Below, piece after piece: positions 32,969 through 45,851 of a stretch of 64,000 bases of DNA. Location: contig NW_003314272.1 in NCBI RefSeq assembly GCF_000143415.4, positions 1,150,184 to 1,214,183 of the forward strand, given 5' to 3'. A program made the position numbers and the translations under genes. Position 1 is the stretch's first letter, and each line of letters begins with the position of its first letter. The notes under the pieces are model-generated. The model made no database searches and was not told the origin of the DNA. It saw nothing but the letters and a program-made list of their open reading frames with translations. The DNA is from Selaginella moellendorffii (Eukaryota; Plantae; Lycopodiophyta).

Positions 32969-34811
32969 ATGACGGTCGTCAGGAGCAAATCCTTCGGCGG
33001 CTTTGCCTGCAAGGAGACTAAGGTCGAAATCCCGGATCAGCAGCAGGATGACGAGCTCTCGCGGCTGATTTCTCCTTCGGAATCCTTCTCCTTCGGCCAC
33101 CAGCAACAGAGGCGGCGGAGGAGTCCGAGCAGCGAATTCTCGGGCCAGATCCAGTCGCAGCATTCGTTCCGCGAGGATGTCTCTCACGCAGCATCCGAGA
33201 CATATCTTCTTACCAGGCTCACGTTCAAGCTCTTGAGATACTTGGGGTAAAGTATAGCGTTTTCATTGGTTTTTCTTCTTCCTCTTCATCTTTTCTAACT
33301 TCTAGATTCCAGGATTGGCTATCGATGGATGGTGAAATTCATTGCCTTGAGCCTGTACGCTACCTTTCTTATGCCAGGATTTATTCAAGGTAGCTCATTC
33401 AATCTTTCTTCTTCATTTTTTTTTCTCTGCGCTAAAATCTGGCTTTTCTTTGAGTTTTTTTATAGTTTCTTGGTACTATTACTTCTCAAAGCGAGTACAT
33501 AGAAGCATCGTGTATGGTGATCAGCCGAGAAACAGGTGAGAGTTTCAGTTCTCGTTTTTCCTTGATTATAGCATTTTGGTTGTAGATTGGACCTTTACTT
33601 ACCAGAGAAAACTGACGGATCTAAGCCTGCAGTGGCTTTCGTTACTGGTGGCGCGTGGATTATCGGGTTGGCCTTCACCCCTTTTCTTACACGTGGAGCT
33701 GATAACTTTTACAGATACAAAGCGTGGGGAGCTCTTCTGGGTCGTCAGCTTGTCGACAGAGGGGTAATTGTTGCGTGTATAGATTACAGGTCAATCTTCT
33801 ATGGTTTAAATTAAAACATAAAAAAACAAGTTCTGATTCTTGTTGTTTGATTGAACAGGAACTTTCCTCAAGGTGGGATAAGTGACATGGTTGCCGATGT
33901 ATCAACGGCACTTTCGTTTTTCTGCAATAACATTTCGAGCTATGGTGGGAATGTAGACAGGTAATTTGCTCCCTATCCATATGCATAATAGTCTAATATT
34001 TTTTTTTCTGCGTGGCATAGGCTGTATCTAGCTGGTCAATCTGCTGGCGCACACATTGCTTCCTGCGCTCTCGTCAACCAGGCTAGGAAAGAGGCCATCC
34101 ACGGAAAATGCAATCTTTTGTGGAGTGCCACCCAGTTCAAGGCCTTCTTTGGCATATCTGGAGGATACAATCTTTTCAAGCTTGTAGATCACTTTCATAA
34201 TCGAGGCCTGTACAGATCGCTCTTTCTGAGGTAAGTGCTTTCCGCTTTCTTCACTTCAAAGTTAAATCTCTGATGCCTTGGTTTTTAATCCAGTGTAATG
34301 GAAGGGGAAGGATCGTTAGCACAGCATTCTCCGGAAATAGTTGTTAGCAGCAGAGAATTTCAGCCGGCCGTGCCTTTGCTACCGACCATGGTTTTGTGCC
34401 ATGGGACGGCCGACTACTCAATTCCTCACAGCTCGAGGTACGCATTGCTCCTTACTGGAGAAAAACTCACTTTTATTTTTTATTTTTTTCCTTTCTGCTG
34501 GATTGCAGTGTTAGCTTTGCCGAGGCACTAGGACGTGTAAATGCGAATGTGGTCACTAATTTTTACAAGGACAAGACCCACACCGACATCATCATACAGG
34601 TAGGCCTCTCTTTCGATTGTTTCCCGATGGCACGAAGCGATTACCGAATGCATTCCAGGACCCAATGCGTGGGGGCAAAGATGAGCTTCTTTACGACATA
34701 CTCGAGGTGATATACCGAGACAACGAGGCCGAGGTTGATCGAGGGCGGCTGGATAGACGGATGCTGCCAGAGATTTTGCTCAAGCTCGCGAGGAAGGTGA
34801 GTCCCTTCTAG
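32969..34811 (+). CDS. ICME: Isoprenylcysteine alpha-carbonyl methylesterase (ICME family)
   Basis: [53 protein letters not shown] nucleophile, HGTAD, KTHTD and QDPMRGG across GT-AG introns. Confidence 0.92.
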
Positions 34812-35440
34812 CAGCACCTCCGTGATACATATGTACAATATACGAGTGTATCTATCAAAGAAATCAATAGAGATGTTTGGTTTTCCTGGCGTCAAAGTGG
34901 CCCCCAAGCACTAGAAGTGAGGTAGATGCTCGCAGAATCTAGCACCACACGCATTCGTGAAAAAGAAGGAAGACGAAGGGTATGATGATTATAGCGGCGT
35001 TGTGGGGGTGTTTTTCGATGACTATATGGGGTTTTTGGAACGACAGATACGTGACGAATGGTGATGAAAGCTGGTCTTGACAATAACTCTGTCAATTGGC
35101 CACTAGAGGCTTAGACACAATCAAGGAAAAAGGTGGAAGAAAAAAGTCACGCAGGACTTTTATGTATAAGTCGCCGCTGCTACATGAAACCTCTCTCCAC
35201 TTCCATTTTGCGTGTGTTTCTTGACAACACATTCCATTGTGCCAACTTGAGGAGTTTCCAAGTCTCTCCTAGAAAGGCTTTCTGGAGCTATGGTAAACAA
35301 CGGCACAGCTGACGGGAGCAAAGCGTCACGTTTGGATGGATTTGCCTATAAATTGCGGCGACAAGGCGATCCGGATCATCATCCAGCCAAGCCAGCCTTC
35401 TCTAGTCGAGCAAAGCAAAACGAGCCAAGCCGAGAAGGAA

Positions 35441-36614
35441 ATGGCCGCGTTTCACAAGCTCGCGATTCTTGTTCTTCTTGCTTCTCTTGGCGCCACTGCC
35501 GATGCGAGGAAATGGAGTCCCAAGAAGCCACCGGCGGTTCCCCCGATGGTCTTTGGCACCATCTTCTGCGACCGATGCATGGACAAGACCTTCTCGTTCG
35601 CAACCATCGCCATTCCAAGTAAGTTATCTAGTGTGTTCTTCCAAGAAGTTCGGAACTAGATTTGCTCTAACGCTCTTGCTTGATCACAAAGACGTGACCG
35701 CGATCATCCAGTGCGGTGACTTCCAGGCATCCAACACCACCTCCGAGTTTGGCGTCTTCGCCATCGCCATCCCGGCGGAGGTGGCCAGCTCCCCGGCGAA
35801 GCTGGCGTCTTGCTCTGTCAAGGTGGCCAGCGATTTCTCCAGAGTCGAGGGCGATCTCGGCACTTGCAACACTCCCGTCAAGTTCCAGTTCCAGCCTTGG
35901 AGCCCGCCATCGCCACCATCGATGCCCGCATTTCAGTCGTCGCTCAAAATTGCCCGTCCATGGCCCTTCTACAGCGCTGGGCCTTTCTTCTTCCAGCCGC
36001 CGGAACCTCTTCCATCCTGCAACGAGAATCCTTTCCGCCATCCAAAACCAGCAGTAGCCGATGATCAGGGCTCGAGCGCGGCTCCCCCTCCACACCCTGC
36101 TTTTCCAGGATTTGGAAACTTCCCACCATTCTTTCCTGGAGCCATTCCTCCGACTGCCAACAAAGTCGCTCCTCCTCCACACCCTGCGTTCCCAGGATTT
36201 GGAAGCTTTCCACCGTTCTTTCCTGGAGCGTTTCCTCCAGTAGATCACTCGACTGCCAGCAAAGTAGCTCCTCCTCCACACTCTGCGTTTCCAGGACTTG
36301 GATGGAACTTCCCACCATTCGTTCCTGGAGCATTTCCACCGGTAGATCACTCGACTGCCTTCAAAATGGCTCCTCCTCCACACCCGGGATTTGGATATCC
36401 TCTGAAACCAGCACCACACGGCTCCAACAAGGCGGCTCCTCCTCCACACTCGACTCCATTCCCAGGATTTGCAAACTCTCCACCATCCTTTCCTGGAGCA
36501 TTCCCTCCACATCCAAGCTCCAGCAAACCAGGAAGCGCTCCGCCAACGCATGGATCTCACTCCACTCAAGCACCGCCACCTTTCCACGGAACCAAGAAGC
36601 ATCATCACCCATAA
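35441..36614 (+). CDS. Secreted Pollen Ole e 1-domain proline-rich protein (A1)
   Basis: Signal peptide, VFGTIFCDRC, one intron, G-x-F and CSVKV motifs, and APPPHPAFPGFG repeats. Confidence 0.8.
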
Positions 36615-36767
36615 AAGCTCTGCAAAAGTATATGGAACTTTAGATCATCAAAATAAACAAGCAAAGTTTTGGAGTTTACCTTGTGACCGTTTCCTCACTG
36701 ATTCTTTCTCCCTTCCACTTGGCGAATCTAATAAATCCTCCTCTTCCTGTCCAAATGTCCAAAAAGA

Positions 36768-37680
36768 ATGGCGATGCTGCTACTTCTCGCCATGCTACTC
36801 TCGCCACAACTCCTCGCGGCCAGCGCAGCGAGAGACCTCTACATCGCCGAGCTATCGTCTCCCTCGTCCACTTTCCTGCCGAGGATCGTCCTTGGCCACG
36901 CCATCTGCGACACCTGCTGGGAGATGCAAATCACCGCCAACTCGATGCCTCTTCCCATCCTGAGCTTTGCTTGTTCTCCTCTTTTTCTTGTGTGATCTGT
37001 GCAGACGTTACCGCAGCTGTCGAGTGCTTCGATGCCGGCGGCCGGATCATCCTCCAAGAGACGAGTAACACCCGACAAAACGGGAGCCTTCACGGTGGAG
37101 CTCCCGCTCCAGATCGCCGACTCGGTTAGCATGCTCTCGACATGTACGAGTCGAGTGGTGAGGGGGCCACTCAATCACTGGTTGCCGGATGGACGGCAAG
37201 TCTATGGAGTCGGGCCCTTCATGTTTCGTCACCGAGCAAAAGCTCCCGCATTGCAGTGGCGATCACTGGCAGCAGCAAGCCGCAAACGCAATCCTCAATC
37301 CCTTCGCCTTCGTCGTCAGTTTTCCCTCGACTGCTACCATCGTCTGCATGGAGCGCTTCCAACACTGGAAGCGGTGGTCTCCAGGTCAACCTCTCCCTCC
37401 AAATCAGCACTTCCTCGTGTCTTCTCCCAGTTCTTGCAGCAACTTTTCCCCGTCCACTTCTTCGTCATCTCCATCTCCGGGAATTCCAACCTTCCCATCT
37501 CCACTGTTTCCATTCCAGACTATTCCAATGAGCACTCCCTTCACCATTCCTTTCCCAAACGTTCCCAGTATTTCTTTCCCAAGCGTTCCCATCCCTACGA
37601 GCATTCCTTTCCCGAAGATTCCCCCAATAACCATCGGTCCGACCACTCCAAGTACACCAGCCTTACTGTTGTGAAAAGTT
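36768..37680 (+). pseudogene. Ole e 1-domain Ser/Pro-rich protein (B1), disabled
   Basis: Relative to the copy at 47001: the GT donor is lost (~36959), there is an extra C near 37071, and a ~50-bp deletion removes a conserved Cys. Confidence 0.75.
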
Positions 37681-37750
37681 AGTGACTGATCGGGATTGTC
37701 CAATACTTACAGGATCTGTATTTCAGCAAACCCCTTTCCCTGATAGATGA

Positions 37751-40700
37751 TCACAAAGCCTTGTACTGCTCGATCAACTTCGAGGCGTGAAGACGTGAAG
37801 ATGGATTCACAGTGCAACCGAAGCTCCGAAGAAACGCAATCTACAATCAGAGTTTTAGAGGGTCTATCGGTGCACATCCACAACCTGTTTAGCTGTTGCT
37901 GGAACGGAGCCCATTGTACGCTCAGAACATTTTTGCTGGAAGTACTCCTGGAGAGGCGCCTTATCAGACGAGTAAAATAAAATAATGTGAGAACAAACCT
38001 GTCGTTCAGCCATGTGTACTGAGCGCTCATGTGCAGGAAGTTTTTCCCACTTGACAATCTTATACAAATACAAACCGAAACAGCTTGCTATACGTATTTC
38101 CGGCCAGTAAAACTTACCTGGTCGGCGTACGCAAATGCTGCATCATCTGTCAATGAACGTTTCAACGCGTGCAATGTATCCTGGGTAAATTACGAAATAA
38201 AAGTTGATAAAGCGTATTTCTATGAATATAAAGACCTTATTCTTCGCAGTTTTTGATCGCAGCCGCTCGTCTATAGCCAAACCAACCTACAATTGAAATG
38301 ACCACCATCACAAAAGCGTGTAAAATTGGTCTTACTTTCATGAGCAGACGTTTTGGATCTTGAAAAGCAGACTTCTTAGCCCATTGATGAAATATAGACG
38401 CGATGGTAGACCTGGCTTCGATATTGAAACTACAAAAACAGCTTCGTTAGTTGCACAAAATTGATCTATCAATATTTTCACCTTCTCAAAAACGCGGACG
38501 AATCCGTTAACGCGTTCTCGTCCAAAACATCCTTGCTAGACGAGTTACACACTAAGCCTGGAGGTTGCAATAGCTTAAATTTACCAGGACAGTCAGATAA
38601 CCCCTGAAAAAAATCTATGAGAACAATGGCAAGCACAAGCAGGACCTTGCCTCGAACTGCAAATGCTGTCGCGGCAATTCACTTAAGAATCGCGATGGCT
38701 GCAAGATCTGAAAGAACAGCATAAAAAAATATTGAAAATAAATGTTTTACAGACCTGTCTTTGTGGGCTAACCACTATATATACTATATATAATTTCTTC
38801 CTTGCGCGAGTCATTGCAACGTAAAACAATCGCCTCTCTTCCTGTAACGGAATGCCAATAAATCTACAAAGACTGCTTAGAAGAAATAGCCATACCTCCA
38901 AAGATGAAGACTCGTGAAGCAGTGGCGTTTCCATATCGTTGGCCTAGAAAGATGAAATCAAAGCTAGCAAGAAGAGGGCAATCTTACCTTCACAATGAAG
39001 ACGCTGTCCCACTCCAGTCCCTTCGACTGCAAACACAGAGAAAATGCTAAAAGAAACATATAAAGACGATAGGTTCACACCTGATGCATTGTTGTCAACG
39101 TTACTGAATTATGATTTTCTTCTCTGCGAGTTCGAAAGTTCTCGGTCTCTCGAACAGTTATATGGTCCAGAAAATCTTTAAGAAGCACTGAGCATCCCAG
39201 CTGCCGAGAATTTGGTTTCACTTCCTCTTGAAGCCTAATGTGCTTACACAGAAATTCGGAAACATCATCCAAAAGATAGTCCAACACCTGGAATCCAACA
39301 CAAGTTAGACATATTTTAAAGAAGAATGTTTGCTCACAGTCCGACAATCTTCATCCTCGTTCAAGAGCTTTCCCCCCGATTCATCCACGACTGCACGAGA
39401 TTCAAAAGCGCGTCTCTGCATAACAGGATAAGCATCTTGTTGAGAAACTTACTCTCACCTGAGGTAGCATATTCAATACAGCGGTCACTAGGCTCGACAA
39501 AGATTGTTCCTGGTTCAAAATGCAATTCATCGTAAAAATCAGATAGCCAGGGACTGCAAACCTTGGCAGCCAAGCGTTTCACCATCTCCACGGTAGTCAA
39601 TACTTTCCGGCCTTGGCTAAGTTGGCGCCTGAAAAAGAGAAGAAATTTTTTTTGCACGCATTTATAATGCTTATGCAAGACCTGCTAAAGGTACCCGAAA
39701 CTTTTGCCGTAAAAATAATCTCTGCTGCTTCAAGAAAACTACACTTTTCATTTTTTGCGTACTTTTCCACGTACTCCACTGCCTGAAAAATCCCAATGTC
39801 TGTATAAGATAGAAAACAGATATCATACCTTCTTTGTTTCCGTTTTATCACCACCATATAACGCCTTAAATACTCTTCTTTCAAACACGGTCCCACTTCT
39901 TCCTAAAGATGTCCACAATAAAGCAATCACGTCTTTAACCACCTACAATATGCAATGAAAGTCAGCCAACTAGAAAAGAAAGTGAGCATGGAACCTTCTT
40001 GCGGTAGACTGCTACTCCATGCATATTGAACGGAATCTTTCGACTACGGAAAGCAGATTGAAATATTTTACCTGTGACCTGCAAGCGAAAATGACGATAG
40101 AGAGAAAATAAATCAAATACACACCTGTCGTCTGTAGAGTATAGCAAAGTTTGCAAACACCGGCTTGATGTCACTGGCAATTGATGCCTTTTCCAGGATT
40201 TCATCAACCACAAATGCGCACTGTGCTTCTTCATTTCGGCACTCCATAACAACTATCTGGTGAACCAAAAACAGTCGGCAAAATATGTTCTGAATTCCTG
40301 ATACCTTTTCTCCAAAATCGTTATCCGTTCGCACAACTTTAGCGCTGCAGCCTGAATCATTATGTTGAATGACACATCTCGCTGCTTCTACAATACAGCC
40401 AGTGGAGCGATAATTTTGGTGTAGTCTCACCTAAGCACGCAGACAACAAATCACATGACTACGTTATTTATTTCAGCTTTTTAGACCTCTTTGTGGTTTG
40501 GAAAGTCATTCCGGAATGTGGAAAAACCGAGAGAGTTGGCACCATTGAAGCTGAAAATGGACTAGCAAAAGAAAATATTAGCAGAACGTAGAGATGTCTT
40601 ACTTGATCATCGTCCCCAACCACAGTGACCCTCCCGTGCAGAGAAAGAAGCCGCAAAAGCTTGTACTGCATCACACTCGTATCTTGGAATTCGTCAACCA

Positions 40701-42082
40701 GTACATATGCCCAAATGTTGTGACATTCCGCTAACACTGAAAAAAGGGTGTGAAAACGCATTGCAGTACACTGCACGCTTCTACCATCAGGATGATCAGT
40801 TAAAAGCTTTACAGCAAATCCAATGAAGTCATGGTAGTCCAGCGAATTGCAGGATGCCAGTATTCTTTCGTAATGCCTCAGAATAGCTGCCTGCACGGGT
40901 TTCGCTAGTAACAAGTTGTCCAAACATAGAGAGGAGCAAGAAATACCCCAAGATGATTTCCTGATTTCTCAATCTGCTCAGAATCCTGTCCGGAAGCTTT
41001 TACCTGCGACAAAATTCTTAGCCTCCGACATATCATTATAATTTTCGAAACAACCTGCGTTACGAACTGCTGCCATTTTTTCGCCCGTTCTCTCCACACT
41101 TCGGGTTTCTGAGCGTCACAGCTTTCTGTTGCTTCCAAAGCTAACCGTGTTGCCTCAATCACGGCCTTCCGTTGCTGGCTAGCTCCATAAACTAGAAACT
41201 CAGATGTCCTGTTCAACCTGCGAATCTACTGCTTAGCAAGCAGCATGACACAGGAACAGCTTACTTCTCCGCATGAGAGCGACAGAGTTGCAAGCAAAAG
41301 GAATGAAACGTCGAAATCATAAGTTCCTTGGACGCCTCCTTCCCCACCACAGCAGCGACACGGTCCATCATCTCCGTTGCAGCAGCTGTCGTGAAGGTCA
41401 TTCCTAGAATGTTCTTGGAGTCTACCCCCTGTGCCGAACCCTTCAGCTTTTTAACAAAAAAAAACAAAGAGAGGACTGCATACCTCGTTTAACAATGTCA
41501 GAATACGTGCGACCATTGTAGAGGTCTGATAAACGAATCGACGTAGTCAGAAAAAACTAGGAATGAAAAAAAAAGTGTGTACCTTTCCACTTCCCGGCCC
41601 GGCAACAATCAGAAGTGGCTTATCAATGTTGCTCAGCGCTGCATCCCTTTGGGACACATTGAGCTTCCGGAGATACGTTGGCATGTCCGCTGCAGAACCT
41701 CCATCGCGAGCGTCTTCATTCCTCTTGCTACAAAGCCTATCAATCTCCTCGAAAGCGTCATCATCAAAATCGTCGAAGTCCTCAAACGCCCCCAATGAAG
41801 TATGGGGACCAACAGTGGATACTTGTGCTTTCCCTCCACCCACAGCAGCATTCACATCCACATCCGCGAGAGGCGGCCTCACCCCGCATACCTTCTTCCT
41901 GTCAGGGCTCTTCCTGCCACGATCTCTCACCACATTTTTCCGAGAGCAAAAGCAATCAATCGATACCTCTGGTCCAAATGAGCGCCGGCGCCGACGGATT
42001 TCCGAGCCAGCCGCGCCTTGGCAGCGCGATGGCTGGCCAGAATCCGTGCTCGCTGCTCCTCGCTGGGCACGCATCCCTGCAT
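37751..42082 (-). CDS. SRS2: SRS2-like UvrD/REP DNA helicase
   Basis: N-terminus [22 protein letters not shown]; AGPGSGK|T; TFTTAAA; STFHSF; VDEFQD; VGDDDQ; QNYRST; TMHQ|SKGLEW; [14 protein letters not shown]. Many short introns; ends IEQYKAL*. Confidence 0.92.
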
Positions 42083-42369
42083 TTCAAAACCCTAGAGCGG
42101 GAAAAACCTCCAAGGGTGTTTTGCTAGAGACCCATAAACCCTAAAAGTAGAAAAGAGGAGAGCAATCATGGCTTCTGCTTGAAGCAACGGATCTTTGAAA
42201 GGTATGAAATTGCATTCTCGATTGACACAGTGATCTTTTTTACGTGCTATATATGAAATTTTTCCAAGTGGTATAATTCTAATCTTGCAAGTGGAGTGGA
42301 GTCTTGATCACGACGCCTGTGCACATAGGAATCGCTCCTTTCCCAAATTTCAACAGGGAACGATTCCGT

Positions 42370-42822
42370 TCAATCCAGGGACCAGATGAAAGCCCCAATT
42401 GCATACTGGCGCTTGGCTTCCAGGCCTCCCATGCTCCGCGCGGGCAGCCCATACTCCTCGAGCAGCCGATCCAGCAGCCACTCGGGCATCTGCTCGTACT
42501 CTGCCTTGGTGTACCTCGGGTAGTGAAGCGGCATCCGGAACTCGTATGGCACCGATGGATTGTGGAGCGAGATCGCCGAGTAGGGGCACCGCTCCTTCCT
42601 CGCCCTGTTCAACTCCCGATCCTTGTGCAAATTTGCCGGGTGAGACGATGGCGATGGCGGTGGCGATGGCGATCCATTGAGAGAAGCAGAGCTAGTAGGA
42701 GAGCTCCCGCCGCATCGAACGATCTGCCTCAGCCTCGCGAAGGACGACGATCGCCGTAGCTGGAAGATCTCGGGCGGCGAGTCTCCTCCTCCAGCGCTCA
42801 CGGAGCCCAGCAGCATCACCAT
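42370..42822 (-). CDS. Small FxMPLHYPR-family protein (DUF7722-type, named from memory), copy A
   Basis: CPYS…FRMPLHYPRYTKAEYEQMPEWLLDRLLEEYGL…KRQYAIGAFIW. Confidence 0.8.
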   Translation of the reverse strand: MVMLLGSVSAGGGDSPPEIFQLRRSSSFARLRQIVRCGGSSPTSSASLNGSPSPPPSPSSHPANLHKDRELNRARKERCPYSAISLHNPSVPYEFRMPLHYPRYTKAEYEQMPEWLLDRLLEEYGLPARSMGGLEAKRQYAIGAFIWSLD

Positions 42823-43461
42823 ACCTGGATCTGACAGTGCGCGGGGCAGTGGGTTTTAAATCGGAAAAGGTGCGGTCGAATATTCTCTGGACTGGGAGTT
42901 ACGCGCGAATGCAGGGAGAATCTGTGTCCCCACTTTAGGAAGCCAACTAGACTCTTCTACCACCACAGCAGAAACACTCACTCATTTCTAGAATAAAATT
43001 TCGTCGTGGATGATGGGATTCCTGGTCAGAAACAATGCGAAATTCATGGGTTTTTGTCGCAAGAGAGAGGGGGGGAGAGGGGGAGATTTTGGCCGCCTTG
43101 GATCGCATCAATCCGGTCCTCGCATCCCAGGCTCCAAAACGAGAGCGGAATTCGAACGACCGAGAGGACTCTTAATCGATTGCATATAAGATCGTCGCGA
43201 GTCCCTCCAAAACCACTGGTTTTGTCTCGATCGTGAAGCTAGGCTGTCATATGAAACACCACGCACCTCCACACGCGGCGGCAAATCCACGTCCGTGTTC
43301 GTCCGGGAGTGGCCGCCACCCTCTCACGAGCGCCACACAAGCCCAAGACTTATATAAAATCTTTTGGCCCTCTCCCTGGCCGGCCCTCTCTGGGCTCTCC
43401 ACATTTCTCTCAGCCCCATTCAAGAATTGATTCTCCCCCTCGCGAGAATCATACAAACACA

Positions 43462-43785
43462 ATGCCTGTCTATGCCGAGGATCATCACCACCACGCGTTT
43501 CCCGCCTCCTGACTCTCCGCCACCAAGGAGGTGTCCGAGCCCGATAGGTTGTTCCATTTTTTCGACAAGGAGGAGGAGAAAAAGATGGCGTCATCATTCT
43601 GCCACCCGTACTCGCCGGTGACCAAGAACCCGGCGGTGCCGTACGTGTTCCCAGATGCCTCTCCACTACCCGAGGTACACCAAGGCCGAGTACGAGGCTG
43701 GCAGCTCGACCGCTTGTTCATGCTCCTCATGGGAACTCCCCGTGACAAGCGGGACTACGCGATTGGCGCGTTTCTCTGGAAGTGA
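43462..43785 (+). pseudogene. FxMPLHYPR-family copy B, frameshifted
   Basis: Matches 60486-60914 but has deletions and frameshifts around GTTCCCAGATGCCTCTCCACTACCCG. Ends KRDYAIGAFLWK*. Confidence 0.8.
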
Positions 43786-44034
43786 GATCGATTATGATCG
43801 AGTTCTTCCAAGGTTGTAGGAGAGAGATCTTAGAGCTGCGAGAAGTTTCAGGAATTTGAGCACCCACAAAACATGGTGAACATCGGTTTGTGTCTAAGCT
43901 CTTGTATAAACTGTATGTGAATCTGGAAGTTCGCTACCACTCAAAATGGAGGACGCAAGTCAACACAAGGAAAGAACACATCCCCCTTCCCTCTAGTTGC
44001 TCTGAACGCCAGATGAAGGTGCCCATGGCGTACC

Positions 44035-44190
44035 GTCTCTTCCAGCTGATTGCTCCGCCCTAGTAGATCCACCATCACGGTGTAATGCTCCGGAGCCCAT
44101 ACTCCTCGAGCAGCCGATCGATCTACCACTCGGGCATGGTGGCGTTCTGCTGCTTGCTAAAGATTGGAGTGGCATCTGGAACTCATGGGA
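44035..44190 (-). pseudogene. Fused remnant of FxMPLHYPR copy C and a PPR fragment
   Basis: The minus strand reads EFQMPL…ATMPEW*IDRLLEEYGL and runs directly into PEHYTVMVDLLGRSNQLEE. Confidence 0.7.
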
Positions 44191-45851
44191 TGACGAATAG
44201 GAGGCGAACGTTTGTGTATTTCAATTGAGTGGGCCATTGAAGCCGAAGGACGTAGACGCGTTGTGGTTGAGTCCCGGATCAACTTTTGAGCAGATAGTGC
44301 AGTGTCCTTCTCCTACATCGAGGATGGTCGATCCGTGGCGAAACACTGGAACAGATAGTCGAGAGCGGCGTACGATCCGAGAGCTGTCGTGCCCACCATC
44401 GTCGAGTATCCCGAGCTCCACACCAACTTCAGGAGAATCAACGCCAAGCTGCCCTTGTTTCGTGGTGACCATCCAAGCAGCTGCCCTTGGCCCGGAATCT
44501 TTCGAACGCACGGCCTGGGATGTGAAAGAGTTTGGTGTGAGTCTTCGTTTTGGGTCAGTTGCTGCTCCTCGAGCTAAACCAAAACCAAAGGACGACTGCG
44601 AAGCTGTTACGCTTCGTGATGGTCCCGAAGTGACTCATCTCAGTCACTCTCCAGCCAACCAAGTGTACAAAGTGCAGTACTACACTCGCCATGGTGGAGA
44701 GATGATCATGAAGATAGGAAATCACAAAAGAGTCATTCAACTTTGCATTGATTCCAGGTTCTGGCATCAGGTGCGTAAAGCAGCTTAAATCAGCTGCGCC
44801 GCTGGCCAACACGGAACAATCGTCTTGCAGGTTGAAACAGAGACAGGGGTGCTCCGATGCTCTGGTTAGGGGAAGACGGCGCTACTCTCATCGCTTGACG
44901 GATCGCCATTGGCACAGGGATACGACTCTTGGGCAATGCCAGCGATGGACGCGCAGTTGCTGTGTAGGGACTTGACGCATGCTATGCTTGAGCTTTACGT
45001 AAGTTGATCTTCTTGGATGTTATAGCACCACGCCATCTCCTGGGCAGGACCACGGATACTTCCGCTGCTACATACGGGCGCACAACGTCGGAGCACGCCT
45101 CGTGCCGAAGGCCGCCGCTTCTACCTTGTCGGGATGTGGTTCCTCCGCTGCGAGGTGCCAAAAGGTGGGGATTTTCTCTTGAGCTTGCTCAGTTGCTGAC
45201 TGTGCATTGCTCTTGTTCTAATCCTATTTACGGGCATTGGATATTATTGTTTATCTATAATAGACGTGGATCAAGGGCAGATGATTTTGCTCAAGCTTGC
45301 AAAAAAGTGAGCCCCTTATAGTAGCAGGAGCACCTTCTAAGTAAAGATTGAATGGAGATTTTTGGTGTCAAAGTGGCCCCCCAAGCACTAGAAGTGAGGT
45401 AAAAGTCTTAGCACCACACGCATTCGAGAAAAAGAAGGAAGCTGAAAGGTATGATTACGGGGGTGTTTTTCGGTGACTATTGGGTTTTGGGAACGACAGA
45501 TACGTGACGAATGGTGATGAAAGTAACACTATCAACGGCTCAGACACAATCAAGAAAATGGTGGAAAAAAAAGTCATGCAAGACTATTATGTACAAGTCG
45601 CCGCTGCTACATGAAACTTTTCTCCACTTCCATTTTGCGTGTGTTTCTTGACAACACATTCAACTTTAAAGGAGGAGGAGGAGGAAGGAGTTTCCAAGTC
45701 TTTCCTGGAAAGGTTTTCTGAGCTTACAGCACAGCTGACGGGAGCAAAGCGTCACGTTTCGAAGGATTTGCCTATAAATTGCGGCGAGGGGGAGAGATCA
45801 TCCATCCATCCAGCTTCAATCTTCTCGAAAACGAGCAAATCCGAGAAGAAA

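Larger units (their letters stand above)
34767..42075. repeat. Direct segmental duplication, copy 1
   Basis: ICME tail, Ole e 1 promoter and gene pair, and SRS2 recur collinearly at ~45278-50295. Confidence 0.9.
41560..44200. repeat. Inverted duplication, left arm
   Basis: SRS2 5' end, small genes A and B, a PPR scrap and a gene C scrap match ~58720-62940 in reverse complement. Confidence 0.85.

Noticed and set aside
35040-35190. Conserved non-coding blocks with GTGATGA, a possible box C/D snoRNA
   Set aside because: No matching box D or terminal stem; the conservation is explained by the segmental duplication.
44225-45260. 187-aa ORF and neighbouring coding-like GC-rich scraps
   Set aside because: No family could be assigned and frames are inconsistent; probably gene fragments between duplication breakpoints.
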